Of a stretch of DNA of 64,000 nt, positions 53,455-62,986 are shown piece after piece; positions within the stretch are counted from its first letter, which is position 1; the number at the start of each line of letters is the position of its first letter. Under the pieces are notes generated by a model. That model worked only from the letters and a program-made list of their open reading frames with translations, did not search any database and had not been told where the DNA came from. Where the stretch lies: the NCBI GenBank assembly GCA_963702845.1, contig OY969763.1:5664001-5728000 (forward strand). Reading direction: 5' to 3'. The translations under genes and the position numbers were made by a program. The stretch comes from an uncultured Verrucomicrobiae bacterium. Its GTDB lineage: Bacteria; Verrucomicrobiota; Verrucomicrobiia; Limisphaerales; Palsa-1400.

Positions 53455-56289
53455 ATGAACTCGCAAAGATTACATTTTCTTCTGCTTTTGCCGCTGCTAG
53501 TTGTGCGGACGGTGTCAGGAGCGGTGGATGTTCAGGGGGCGACAAACGCCCCGGCGGTGAAGCATTGGTCGTATGTCGCGCCAGTCCGACCGGTGCTCCC
53601 GCGCGTCAAAAATCAAAAGTGGACAAGGAATGAAATCGATCGGTTCATCGTCGCGAGATTAGAGAAAGAAAAGCTGAAACCTTCGCCAGAAGCGGAGCGC
53701 GCGCGATTGCTGCGGCGTGTTTATCTCGACCTGATTGGGTTGCCGCCATCGCCGCAGGATGTCGAAAAATATTTTGCGGATAAAAGCCCCGACGCTTACG
53801 AGCAGGTCGTTAATCGATTGTTGGCATCGCCGCAATACGGCGTGCGTTGGGCGCGGCCATGGTTGGATGTGGCACGGTATGCTGATTCAGTCGGCTTTCA
53901 ACGCGATAATCTTTGGCAGCTCTGGCCGTATCGCGATTGGGTGATCAATGCATTGAATGCCGATGTGCCCTTTGATCAGTTTACGATCGAGCAACTCGCC
54001 GGCGATCTTTTGCCCAATGCGACTGTGGAACAAAAAATCGCGACCGGCTTCAATCGTTGCACGCCGATCAATGTCGAGGCCGGTTCAGACCAGGAGGAGA
54101 GTCGCGTCAACGAGGTTTTGGATCGCGTGAACACCCTTGGAACGGTGTGGCTTGGTTCGACGATTGAATGCTGCCAATGCCACAACCACAAATACGACCC
54201 GTTCACGCAAAAGGAATATTACCAGCTATTTGCTTTCTTTAACAATACACCGAAAGAATCCCGTTATGCCAACGCGCATACGACGATCGCGCTCGACTTT
54301 AATGGCCCGTATTTAAAGGTGCCCAATCCAAAAACCGACGAACAACGCGCCGCTATCGAAAAGCAAATTAGCGCGCTTGATAAGGACGCAGAGGTTGCGC
54401 GCAAAAACCTTGTTCTCGGGCAGGTAGCCTGGGAAAAGGAAACGCTGAGCACGATTTCAAACGTTGCGCAAATTTATGTTTTGGATGTCGCGAAATTTGA
54501 ATGCGAAAGCGGAACGGCTCACGAAATCCTCAACGACCAATCGATCATGCTTCATGACGATGACAATGACGCAGTTCCAGACCGCGATACCTATACCATT
54601 ACTGCCGAGACGAAGCTCACCGGCATCACAGGTTTTAAATTGGAAGTGCTCGCTGATCCTTCCCTTCACGGCGGCGGTCCGGGACGAGGCGATGCGCAGA
54701 GGCCTAATTTTATTTTGTCGCAATTTGAAGTGAGCGCGAAGTGCGGAAGCGAAAAGATGCAACCAGTCGCGATCCGAAAAGCGCGCGCCGATTTCAATCA
54801 GAAAAATTTCCCCGTCTTAAAGGCGATCACTCGCGACGCAAAGGCCGGGTGGGGCATCTCACCGCAATTTGGCAAAGATCATTGGGCGATTTTTGAAACA
54901 GCGTCGCCGATTGGTTCCGCGGCAGGAACAACGTTGACGTTCACGTTGGCGCAAAATTACGGCGGCTCACGTTTGATCGGACGACTACGGCTATCAGTGA
55001 TCACCGGAGATATCTCGCGCACAAATGTTCCCGCGGACGTGGTTACTATTTTACAAGTGCCCTCTTCCCAACGCAGCACCGCACAAGCAAAACGTATTGC
55101 CGATTACTACCTGAGTTGCCAGGCACCGCTACAAAAAATCGCAGCCGACCGCGCGAAATTGGAAAGCGAGCTAAAGACCGTTCAAACAACGACGACCCTC
55201 GCGATGGAGGAAATTCAATCGCGCGCGTCCACAATTTTCGTGCGCGGCAATTTTCTGGATAAAGGCGTTGTGGTTCAACCGGATGTTCCTGCGGTTTTGC
55301 CTCCGTTGACGGAAGAGCCGCGAAACCGTTTGACTTTGGCGCGATGGCTCGTCAGCACGAACAATCCTTTAACCGCGCGCGTCACGGTAAATCGATGGTG
55401 GACGGAGTTTTTCGGGCATGGACTGATTACGACGCCTGAAGATTTCGGCATCAAGGGCGATTTGCCCACACATCCGGAGTTGCTCGATTGGCTGGCGTGC
55501 GAATTGATGTCGCCACAAACGGATCTTCGCCCTGGCGAAAAACCGTGGTCGATGAAACACATCCATCGACTCATCGTCACGTCCGCAACCTATCGCCAGT
55601 CTTCACGGATCACTCCCGAACTTCGCGACCGCGATGATCTAAACAAACTTTACGCACGCGGCCCGCGCTTCCGCCTCGACGCAGAAATGATTCGCGACAA
55701 CGCGCTCACTGCCGCCGGCTTGCTGAGTTTGAAAATGGGCGGCGCGCCTGTGCATCCGTATCAACCGCCCGGTCTCTGGGAAAGCAAGGTCGGCGGCGTT
55801 CCGCTGCGATATGTGATCAGCGACGGCGAGGACCGGTATCGTCGCGGAATTTATACCGTAATCAAACGCACATCGCCTTACCCAAGCTTCATTACGTTTG
55901 ATGCTCCGAATCGAAATACGTGTGTCGTGCGGCGGTCTCGCTCAAACACTCCGTTGCAGGCGTTGACGACGTTAGACGACCCAGTTTATGTGGAAGCTGC
56001 CGGCGCGCTGGCAAAACGCGTTTTAGCGGAGAAATCATCGACGAGTGTTAAACAAAAGATCCAGTTTGCATTCGAGCTTTGCACCGCGCGTTTGCCTGAC
56101 AAATTTGAAGTCGCAGCTTTGCTGAAACTGTATCAGCAGCAATTGCAATCGTCGCAAAGCGCCGGGAACGACGCGCAAAAGCTGCTGCACGACAGTCGTC
56201 CTCCCGGAACGAACGCCGCCGAGTTCGCGGCGTGGTACAGCGTCGCTTCGGCAATCCTGAATCTCGATGAAACGATAACAAAAGGTTGA
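53455..56289 (+). CDS. DUF1549/DUF1553 (PSD1) protein lacking the N-terminal cytochrome domain
   Basis: Signal peptide then directly HWSYVAP; WLDVARYADS, CCQCHNHKYDP, NPLTARVTVNRWW, HPELLDWLA, SNTPLQAL. Confidence 0.92.
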   Translation: MNSQRLHFLLLLPLLVVRTVSGAVDVQGATNAPAVKHWSYVAPVRPVLPRVKNQKWTRNEIDRFIVARLEKEKLKPSPEAERARLLRRVYLDLIGLPPSPQDVEKYFADKSPDAYEQVVNRLLASPQYGVRWARPWLDVARYADSVGFQRDNLWQLWPYRDWVINALNADVPFDQFTIEQLAGDLLPNATVEQKIATGFNRCTPINVEAGSDQEESRVNEVLDRVNTLGTVWLGSTIECCQCHNHKYDPFTQKEYYQLFAFFNNTPKESRYANAHTTIALDFNGPYLKVPNPKTDEQRAAIEKQISALDKDAEVARKNLVLGQVAWEKETLSTISNVAQIYVLDVAKFECESGTAHEILNDQSIMLHDDDNDAVPDRDTYTITAETKLTGITGFKLEVLADPSLHGGGPGRGDAQRPNFILSQFEVSAKCGSEKMQPVAIRKARADFNQKNFPVLKAITRDAKAGWGISPQFGKDHWAIFETASPIGSAAGTTLTFTLAQNYGGSRLIGRLRLSVITGDISRTNVPADVVTILQVPSSQRSTAQAKRIADYYLSCQAPLQKIAADRAKLESELKTVQTTTTLAMEEIQSRASTIFVRGNFLDKGVVVQPDVPAVLPPLTEEPRNRLTLARWLVSTNNPLTARVTVNRWWTEFFGHGLITTPEDFGIKGDLPTHPELLDWLACELMSPQTDLRPGEKPWSMKHIHRLIVTSATYRQSSRITPELRDRDDLNKLYARGPRFRLDAEMIRDNALTAAGLLSLKMGGAPVHPYQPPGLWESKVGGVPLRYVISDGEDRYRRGIYTVIKRTSPYPSFITFDAPNRNTCVVRRSRSNTPLQALTTLDDPVYVEAAGALAKRVLAEKSSTSVKQKIQFAFELCTARLPDKFEVAALLKLYQQQLQSSQSAGNDAQKLLHDSRPPGTNAAEFAAWYSVASAILNLDETITKG

Positions 56290-56292
56290 ACG

Positions 56293-57735
56293 ATGAATCC
56301 TTTGGACGAGCATTTTTCACATATCAACCGGCGCTACTTTTTAAAGCGCACCGGTTTCGCGTTGGGCTCGATTGCTTTGGGCTCGTTGCTTGCAAAAACA
56401 TTTGGCCAAAATTCCCCACTGGCGAAACCCAGCCCACTGGCGCCAAAACAGCCGCAGTTTCCCGCGCGCGCCAAACAAGTGATCTACCTCCACATGGTTG
56501 GCGCTCCTTCTCAGCTCGACCTGTTCGATCACAAACCGTTGCTGGAACAGTATGACGATAAATTGTGTCCAGACGAGTTTATCAAGGGAAAGCGATTTGC
56601 TTTTTTGCGCGGACATCCAAAAATCGCCGCGTCGAAATTCAAATTTGCCCGCCATGGTAAAAGCGGTCAGGTCATTTCTGAACTTCTCCCGAATCTCGGC
56701 AACGTTGCCGACGACCTCGCGATTATCAACAGCGTGCGCACCGAGGAATTCAATCATGGTCCGGCACAATTGTTTTTACACACCGGCTTTGGCCGGCCTG
56801 GTCGCCCGAGTTTTGGCTCGTGGGTGACTTACGGGCTCGGCTCGGAAAATGAAAATCTTCCCGCGTATGTCGTTCTGCTTTCCGGCCCGCTCGCTGGCGC
56901 CGGGACGAGTTTGTGGTCCACCGGTTTTCTGCCAAGCATTTATCAGGGCGTGCAGTTTCGTTCGAGCGGCGATCCGGTCTTGTTTCTTTCCAATCCAGAA
57001 GGTCACTCTCGCGCTGATCGCAGACGCTTGCTAAATACAGTGTCGGCTTTGAACGAACATGCGCTTGCGGACGTGGGTGATTCGGAAATTGCCACGCGCA
57101 TTGGTCAATACGAAATGGCCTACCGCATGCAGACGTCCGTGCCCGAGTTGGCCGACCTTTCCAAAGAATCGCCGCAAACGCTGGCCATGTACGGCGCGAA
57201 GCCCGGCCAAGCCTCCTTTGCCAATAATTGTTTGCTCGCGCGACGCCTTATCGAACGCGGTGTTCGCATCGTGCAGCTCTTTGATTCGAGCTGGGATCAT
57301 CACACTGATATCGCTCATGGATTGCCGCGAAAATGTCGTGATGTTGATCAGGGCATGGCGGCGCTCATTGAGGATTTGAAACAACGTGGATTACTGGATG
57401 AAACGCTCGTGATTTGGGGCGGCGAATTCGGACGCACTCCCATGCAGCAGGTCCAGGCGGGCGACGGCAATAGTGCTAAGCCGGGGCGTGATCATCATAA
57501 GGACGCTTTCACCATGTGGTTGGCAGGCGGCGGGACAAAGCCCGGTATCACTTACGGCAGGACCGACGATTTCGGATATGGCGTCGCCGAAAATCCGGTT
57601 CACGTCCATGACCTGAACGCGACCGTATTGCACCTTCTCGGAATTAATCACGAGAAACTGACGTTCAAATATCAAGGGCGAGAGTTTCGACTAACAGACG
57701 TTCACGGCCAAGTGGTAAACGATCTTCTCGCGTGA
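56293..57735 (+). CDS. DUF1501 family protein (Tat signal)
   Basis: [62 protein letters not shown]. Confidence 0.92.
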   Translation: MNPLDEHFSHINRRYFLKRTGFALGSIALGSLLAKTFGQNSPLAKPSPLAPKQPQFPARAKQVIYLHMVGAPSQLDLFDHKPLLEQYDDKLCPDEFIKGKRFAFLRGHPKIAASKFKFARHGKSGQVISELLPNLGNVADDLAIINSVRTEEFNHGPAQLFLHTGFGRPGRPSFGSWVTYGLGSENENLPAYVVLLSGPLAGAGTSLWSTGFLPSIYQGVQFRSSGDPVLFLSNPEGHSRADRRRLLNTVSALNEHALADVGDSEIATRIGQYEMAYRMQTSVPELADLSKESPQTLAMYGAKPGQASFANNCLLARRLIERGVRIVQLFDSSWDHHTDIAHGLPRKCRDVDQGMAALIEDLKQRGLLDETLVIWGGEFGRTPMQQVQAGDGNSAKPGRDHHKDAFTMWLAGGGTKPGITYGRTDDFGYGVAENPVHVHDLNATVLHLLGINHEKLTFKYQGREFRLTDVHGQVVNDLLA

Positions 57736-57736
57736 G

Positions 57737-58231
57737 TTAGAGGGGCCCCAATTTTTTTCGCAGCGGCTCTAAATCAGCATCGGTTGCCACGAGTTCGGCG
57801 ATTTCATTTTTGTCGCCATTTTTGCGCGCCAAATCCAACCAATTCTTTCCCTCGTCAAGATTCCCGAGTTGAACGGCGTAACAAGCCATGTTGTATCGCA
57901 TCAACCACTCCTTCGGGAATCGGTCGAGAACCGACTTCAACGCATCGTAAGCCTCGCTAGTTTTTCGCAGTTCGTGCAGGGCGTAAGCGAGATGAATCCA
58001 GCCGAATGGGGCATTGGGATGTGTCGCTGTGATCGCTCGCGCCGCGGTGACGGCTTTTTCCCAAGCCTTTGTTTTCGCGTGAATCTGCCACTGCAGTTCC
58101 ATCACGATGAGGTGAGGTTTAAAGTGGGTGACTTTATCTAGCTCTGATTGCGCTTCGGCGGGATTGTTAAGTTCGAGCCAGCCTTGTGCGGCGTTTACGA
58201 AATGAATGTCTGGTGGCTCTAAATCTTTCAC
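57737..58231 (-). CDS. TPR-repeat protein
   Basis: AAQGWLEL, GWIHLAYALHEL, YNMACY helical repeats. Probable GTG start at 58231, 9 bp after the upstream stop. Confidence 0.8.
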   Translation of the reverse strand: MKDLEPPDIHFVNAAQGWLELNNPAEAQSELDKVTHFKPHLIVMELQWQIHAKTKAWEKAVTAARAITATHPNAPFGWIHLAYALHELRKTSEAYDALKSVLDRFPKEWLMRYNMACYAVQLGNLDEGKNWLDLARKNGDKNEIAELVATDADLEPLRKKLGPL

Positions 58232-58239
58232 TGGAGGTT

Positions 58240-60951
58240 TCAAGGCGATCTGAGGCGGAAGAACCCTTGGGCGGAGTTCGTGCCGAAGACGTTGGTGATT
58301 TGCAATTGTCCGGAACCGTTTGCAAAGTTGGTGCTCACGTCGATCCAGCCTACGAGGTCCGTGGACGCTTGCAAGACCCATGGTTGATTGGCGAACCCGG
58401 TCGCAGTGATCACAAAATTTGAGCTGCTTAGGATCTGGGCACCGGTGACAACAGGTGCCGGAAGATTTGAATAAACGGCGGTTACGGTCGCGTTGTTCGC
58501 GGGCATAGTGAAGAGGGTGGAGGGCGAGAACGCATTACTCACAGCGGCGCCGGTCCATTGGAAAAAGAACTGTCCTGCCGGCGCGGGATTTGCCGACAAC
58601 GAAACAATGCTGCCCGCGCCAACACTTCCGGAGCCGGAACCGTTGTTGACGGTGAGTGAGTAGGCGCTCGCCGCATTGGTGCGCCAGTAGCGAAGGAATT
58701 GGCGGAGCGCGAGGGGCGCGTTGGTGGGCGACGCGCGGCCAGCCTGATCTTTGTCGTTGATGCCATGGCAATTCGCACAGGTGCGGACTTCGCCAGCACG
58801 GAAATTCAGCCAGTAACGTTCCTTCACTATGCTTTCATTAGTGACGCCGGTAAGTTGCCAGGTCACGGCGCGTCCAGCGGGCACAATCGTGGCCTGCGAA
58901 CCATCGGACATGATCTGGGTGCCGCCGACCGGCGCATTGTTCGCGGCGCTGGGATAATTGAAGGCGGTCGTCGCATACATCGGCGTGGCAAGGATTCGCC
59001 GGCCGGGTTGCACGGTATTTAAAGAGCCAAAATTATAGCCGCGTAAATAATCGGCTTCGAGAAATTGCAGGTGCGTGATGTTGTAAATCTTTCCCGTATT
59101 GGTGCCGAGGGTGGTGACGCCTCCAGGAACGGAGAGATTGTACGGTTGCTGTTTATCGGCGGCATCGCGAGCGGTGACATTGCGGCTCACCACCAAAGCG
59201 AGGCCTCGTTGCGCAAGATCCGCTTGGAAAGTTGGCATATCCACGGACTCCGAGGCGAATACCTGCTGCTCGATTGTAGCTGGCGGCGTGACGACCAGTG
59301 GCGGAACGGGGCGAGCGCGGACTTCGACCGGTTGCAATTCCCAAAGCGGTCCGGCATTCGTGACGAGCGTACCGCCATCCCAATAGATCGCGATATTCGT
59401 CAAACCACCGGTGACAACGGCATTTGTCACCCAGGTCGCGCCGCTCTTGGTCAAAGTCATGAGCCGGAAGTGGTACATCGAAGTTGGTGCGCTGGCAGTG
59501 CCGAGATTTGTGTCCCAGCCGCCGAAGTTGGTGCCGGTAAATGTTCGCGTGTATGCCGCCAGCAACGAACCGTCGGACATCGGCAGTGGATTTCGAAAAA
59601 GGCCGACGGGATTATTCGGCCCGTTCGCGCCCGACTTGGGCGTGATGTAACTGATGTCCATGTTGGTCGGGTTCAGGCCCGCAGCGCCAGTGAGCGAAAC
59701 AATCTGACCGGAGGCATGCGCGCCGCCGAAGATCGAAATATCCTGCGCGTCCACCCCGAAATACGTGCCCGGATGGACGGGATCCTCCGTGATTTGAATG
59801 AAGTTCTGGATGTAATTGGTGTTCGAACTGTTGATGCCAAAGCTGGCACGCGCCGAAGGATTGGTGAACGCGATCAGGTTTGGATCATTGATGAAACTGG
59901 GCAAAATGTTTGGCATTAACTCGTGACGGCCCACGTGGTTGAGCACTTCCTCATTGCCGCCGACCTGGTCCAACGCCCAGGGAAGCAGCAAATTGAAGCC
60001 GTTGGGATTTACACCGAGGGACGCGGAATAGTTGGTGTCGAAATCCACCGGCTCGGGAAACGTCTCCAGTGGGTTTGATGCAAGAACAACTGCGTTCGAC
60101 GCCTCGCTGGTGAATGTGAAAGCACCATTGGTTGAGCGCCCGAGGCGATCGTCAGCGGCGCTCGAATCCTGCACCAGGTGATCCCAACGCGTAACAATTA
60201 ACCGTCCGAAACTGTCCACGAACGGATTAAATACGCCGCTGGGAAGATGCTCGAGCATCCGCAGGTCGCCCGTTAGCGGATCAAGACTGTACGTGCCGCT
60301 GACTGTCGGTGCACCTTTGTATTCGTCGCGTTGCGGGTAAAGCCAGGATACGCCATTGAACGGCCGGTCGCTCGTGAAGATGATGCGACCATCGGAACCA
60401 TAGCAGGGACTAACGTTGTTGTAGTTCGTCGGTTGATTCGAAACTTTTATGATCGCAGGAGTGGCGTTGGAGGCAATGACGGTTGCTAGATTCGTCAACT
60501 CGTAGAGTTGCCAGAAGAAGACGTTGGTGTCCCCTGCAAAACGGGGAGCGCCGACCACCATGCTAAAGAGAACGCGGCTGCCATCCCAATAAATTTGCGG
60601 ATCGCGCACGTCGATGCCATTTGTGTGTTGGACTCCATCGACGCCATAGCCGGCGGCGCGCGTGAGATTCAACAACGAGCCGTTCGTCTTCGCGAGCCAC
60701 AAATCTCCGCCACGCGCCGCATGGGCCGTGTCGGGCAGATGATTGCCGAAAATTGTAACGACCGACAGGAACGTGTTCGAAACGGTGCCGTTCAACTCGC
60801 GTGGGATGGGCGGTTGCGTCACAAACACGAGCGGATTCGGCAACGTAATGGCGTGCGCAGGAAGGATGAGCAACGCCAGCCAGAGCATCGCAAGCTGGTA
60901 TTTGCAGCATTGCCGCATGCCTTTCATCGTTGGAAATTTTGTTGACAACAT
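58240..60951 (-). CDS. Secreted beta-propeller protein resembling hydrazine synthase alpha subunit, with C-terminal CxxCH heme, InlB-B-like repeat and FFR-type C-terminal domain
   Basis: VRDPQIYWDGSRVLFSM, YNNVSPCYGSDGRIIFTSDR, DSFGRLIVTRWDH, GEVRTCANCHG; SLTVNNGSGSG...F.QWTG...FTMPA.N.TVTA.Y; ends QGFFRLRSP. Start 60951 (TTG) or a later ATG. Confidence 0.7.
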   Translation of the reverse strand: MLSTKFPTMKGMRQCCKYQLAMLWLALLILPAHAITLPNPLVFVTQPPIPRELNGTVSNTFLSVVTIFGNHLPDTAHAARGGDLWLAKTNGSLLNLTRAAGYGVDGVQHTNGIDVRDPQIYWDGSRVLFSMVVGAPRFAGDTNVFFWQLYELTNLATVIASNATPAIIKVSNQPTNYNNVSPCYGSDGRIIFTSDRPFNGVSWLYPQRDEYKGAPTVSGTYSLDPLTGDLRMLEHLPSGVFNPFVDSFGRLIVTRWDHLVQDSSAADDRLGRSTNGAFTFTSEASNAVVLASNPLETFPEPVDFDTNYSASLGVNPNGFNLLLPWALDQVGGNEEVLNHVGRHELMPNILPSFINDPNLIAFTNPSARASFGINSSNTNYIQNFIQITEDPVHPGTYFGVDAQDISIFGGAHASGQIVSLTGAAGLNPTNMDISYITPKSGANGPNNPVGLFRNPLPMSDGSLLAAYTRTFTGTNFGGWDTNLGTASAPTSMYHFRLMTLTKSGATWVTNAVVTGGLTNIAIYWDGGTLVTNAGPLWELQPVEVRARPVPPLVVTPPATIEQQVFASESVDMPTFQADLAQRGLALVVSRNVTARDAADKQQPYNLSVPGGVTTLGTNTGKIYNITHLQFLEADYLRGYNFGSLNTVQPGRRILATPMYATTAFNYPSAANNAPVGGTQIMSDGSQATIVPAGRAVTWQLTGVTNESIVKERYWLNFRAGEVRTCANCHGINDKDQAGRASPTNAPLALRQFLRYWRTNAASAYSLTVNNGSGSGSVGAGSIVSLSANPAPAGQFFFQWTGAAVSNAFSPSTLFTMPANNATVTAVYSNLPAPVVTGAQILSSSNFVITATGFANQPWVLQASTDLVGWIDVSTNFANGSGQLQITNVFGTNSAQGFFRLRSP

Positions 60952-61031
60952 CGGGTACGATGAGCAGATCCTATTCCATTCGCTTCCATTCTCACAGAAA
61001 TCGAAGAGGCACGTAAGCGGTTGATTACAAA

Positions 61032-61105
61032 TGGAGCGGGTGAAGGGAATCGAACCCTCGTCTCAGGCTTGGGAAGCCCACGTTCTACCATTGAACCACA
61101 CCCGC
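61032..61105 (-). tRNA. tRNA-Gly (anticodon CCC)
   Basis: Reverse complement GCGGGTGTGGTTCAATGGTAGAACGTGGGCTTCCCAAGCCTGAGACGAGGGTTCGATTCCCTTCACCCGCTCCA; 74 nt with CCA. Confidence 0.95.
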
Positions 61106-61122
61106 TTCAACAAGGCTGAATT

Positions 61123-61150
61123 CTAAAGGCTAAAGGCCAAAGTTCAAGGC
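61123..61150. repeat. 7-bp-period array (CTAAAGG-like x4)
   Basis: ctaaagg ctaaagg ccaaagt tcaaggc. Confidence 0.55.
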
Positions 61151-62109
61151 GCATCTCCCAACGCTTCTTTTGCAACCCAGCCGAAAACTGGATCGCAATT
61201 CGAGGCTTCAACGGCACCGTAAATAAACGTCATCGTTTTTGGCGCAAGTTCTTTGGCTTTCGGGTGGCGCAGTGGGTAGTAAGTCGGTTGGACAAATGGG
61301 CGGATGCCAATGGCAGGCCGGAACGTGAGTTGGTCGCTCAGCAAAAATGAATCGAGCCCCTGGCCACCCAGGCCGAATCCCGGGACAGAGTAAAGGACGT
61401 TGATCGTGCCACTCGGGCGCCGCAAGTAGTGCGACGGGGCAGGGCCGTTCGCTTCTTTGACGACAGCGAGTTCGCCGTAAGGTGTTTGATACGCGTTCGG
61501 ATCGCCCCCCGTAATTTTATAAACTGTTTTTGCCAACGGCAGCGAAGGCAATTTACCCAAGCCGACACCGAACCGTTCGAGCAACGTTTTCTTATCAACT
61601 ACATCTTCAGCGCGCAACCACGCGGACGTGCCTATCATCCCGTGAACAAATTGCGTCTTGTCCATTGGATCGATGACGCGCGGGTCGGGAACGATATCTG
61701 TCGCAAAGCAGTAAAGATAAAGTTGGCCGTTAATGACTTTGGACATTCCGTAGTTGAACTTGGCTCCGGGAAACGTCTTTCCTTCGTGATGTCCAACAGC
61801 GACCGTCCCGAGGCGCACGCCCGCGCCATCCACAACCTCCGTATTCGGACGAACCTCCCAAACGACGCTGTGCTTAGGCGTCAGGGCGGAGGGATTGACG
61901 ATCCGATTGCTGCGTAAAAAGCCGCGATGCGGCACGCCGAGAACGTGACCATTGAGTTCGCTGCCGTAACAAATGCGGCCGTTAGATTCGAACCGGCGAT
62001 TGTCCGGGAACTGTTTGATCAGCCGGGCGTCGTGGACATCGGAAATGTTCGACAGTGCGTGGACGCAACCGATCGCGAGAATCAAACAAACAAGCGCAGC
62101 CCGCATCAC
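61144..62109 (-). CDS. Secreted hypothetical protein
   Basis: 321-aa ORF with signal peptide; start overlaps the fabI stop; no family recognised. Confidence 0.7.
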   Translation of the reverse strand: MMRAALVCLILAIGCVHALSNISDVHDARLIKQFPDNRRFESNGRICYGSELNGHVLGVPHRGFLRSNRIVNPSALTPKHSVVWEVRPNTEVVDGAGVRLGTVAVGHHEGKTFPGAKFNYGMSKVINGQLYLYCFATDIVPDPRVIDPMDKTQFVHGMIGTSAWLRAEDVVDKKTLLERFGVGLGKLPSLPLAKTVYKITGGDPNAYQTPYGELAVVKEANGPAPSHYLRRPSGTINVLYSVPGFGLGGQGLDSFLLSDQLTFRPAIGIRPFVQPTYYPLRHPKAKELAPKTMTFIYGAVEASNCDPVFGWVAKEALGDAP

Positions 62110-62873
62110 ATCCCCATGATCTGATAACCCGAATCGACGTAGATAACCTGGCCGGTGATCGCGCCTGCGCCGTCGCTGGCGAGGAATGTTCCCGTCGCGC
62201 CGAGTTCTTCGGGCAGCACATTGCGTTTGAGTGGCGCGTGCGCTTCGTAGTGCTTGAGCATGTCCGTGAAACCGGCGATGCCGCGCGCAGCCAACGTATT
62301 CACTGGACCGGCGCTGATGCAGTTAACGCGAATTTTTTTCGGACCGAGATCGTAAGCGAGATAGCGCGTGCTCGATTCCAGCGCAGCTTTGGCCACGCCC
62401 ATAACGTTGTAGTGCGGGACAACTTTTTCAGAACCGTAGTAAGTCATCGCAACGATGCTGCCGCCGTCGGTCATCAAAGGTGCCGCGCCGCGTGCCAGAG
62501 CGATCAGCGAGTAAGCGGAGACGTCGTGCGCAACGCGGAAGGCTTCGCGGCTGGTGTTCACGAAATTTCCTTCGAGTGCTTCTTTTGGTGCGAACGCAAC
62601 CGAATGAAGGAGCAAATTGAGTTTGCCGAATTTTTTGCCGACTTCCGCAAAAACGTTGTCGATGTCGCCATCTTTAGTGACGTCGCACGGAATGAGCAGA
62701 GTGTCTTTGCCAAATGTGCCAGCCAGTTCTTCGACGTTTTCCTTGAGTCGTTCGCCTTGATACGTGAAGGCGAGGGTCGCGCCAGCTTTGGCCCACGCCT
62801 GTGCGATCGCCCAAGCGATTGACCGTTTATTAGCGACACCGACAACAAGACCGATTTTACCGTTCAGCAACAT
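62106..62873 (-). CDS. fabI: Enoyl-ACP reductase
   Basis: GLVVGVANKRSIAWAIA, YNVMGVAKAALE, ISAGPVNTLAARGI, ITGQVIYVDSG. Confidence 0.97.
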   Translation of the reverse strand: MLLNGKIGLVVGVANKRSIAWAIAQAWAKAGATLAFTYQGERLKENVEELAGTFGKDTLLIPCDVTKDGDIDNVFAEVGKKFGKLNLLLHSVAFAPKEALEGNFVNTSREAFRVAHDVSAYSLIALARGAAPLMTDGGSIVAMTYYGSEKVVPHYNVMGVAKAALESSTRYLAYDLGPKKIRVNCISAGPVNTLAARGIAGFTDMLKHYEAHAPLKRNVLPEELGATGTFLASDGAGAITGQVIYVDSGYQIMGM

Positions 62874-62915
62874 AGTTGGAATTGAGCAAGCGAGTGAGGC
62901 GATGTCAAGAAAACT

Positions 62916-62986
62916 GGTAGGGCGTGTCGCTCCGCGACCGCCTTATTTTTGTTGCAAACGGCGCGCCTGGAGCGACACACCCTACC
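62916..62986. repeat. GTAG-type REP/REPIN-like inverted repeat
   Basis: GGTAGGGCGTGTCGCTCC (62916-62933) pairs with GGAGCGACACACCCTACC (62969-62986), 17 of 18 matches. Confidence 0.75.

Noticed and set aside
58240..60951. Evidence for anammox metabolism
   Set aside because: Only a distant HzsA-like architecture; no hzsB/hzsC or hdh, and it carries a surface-protein tail.
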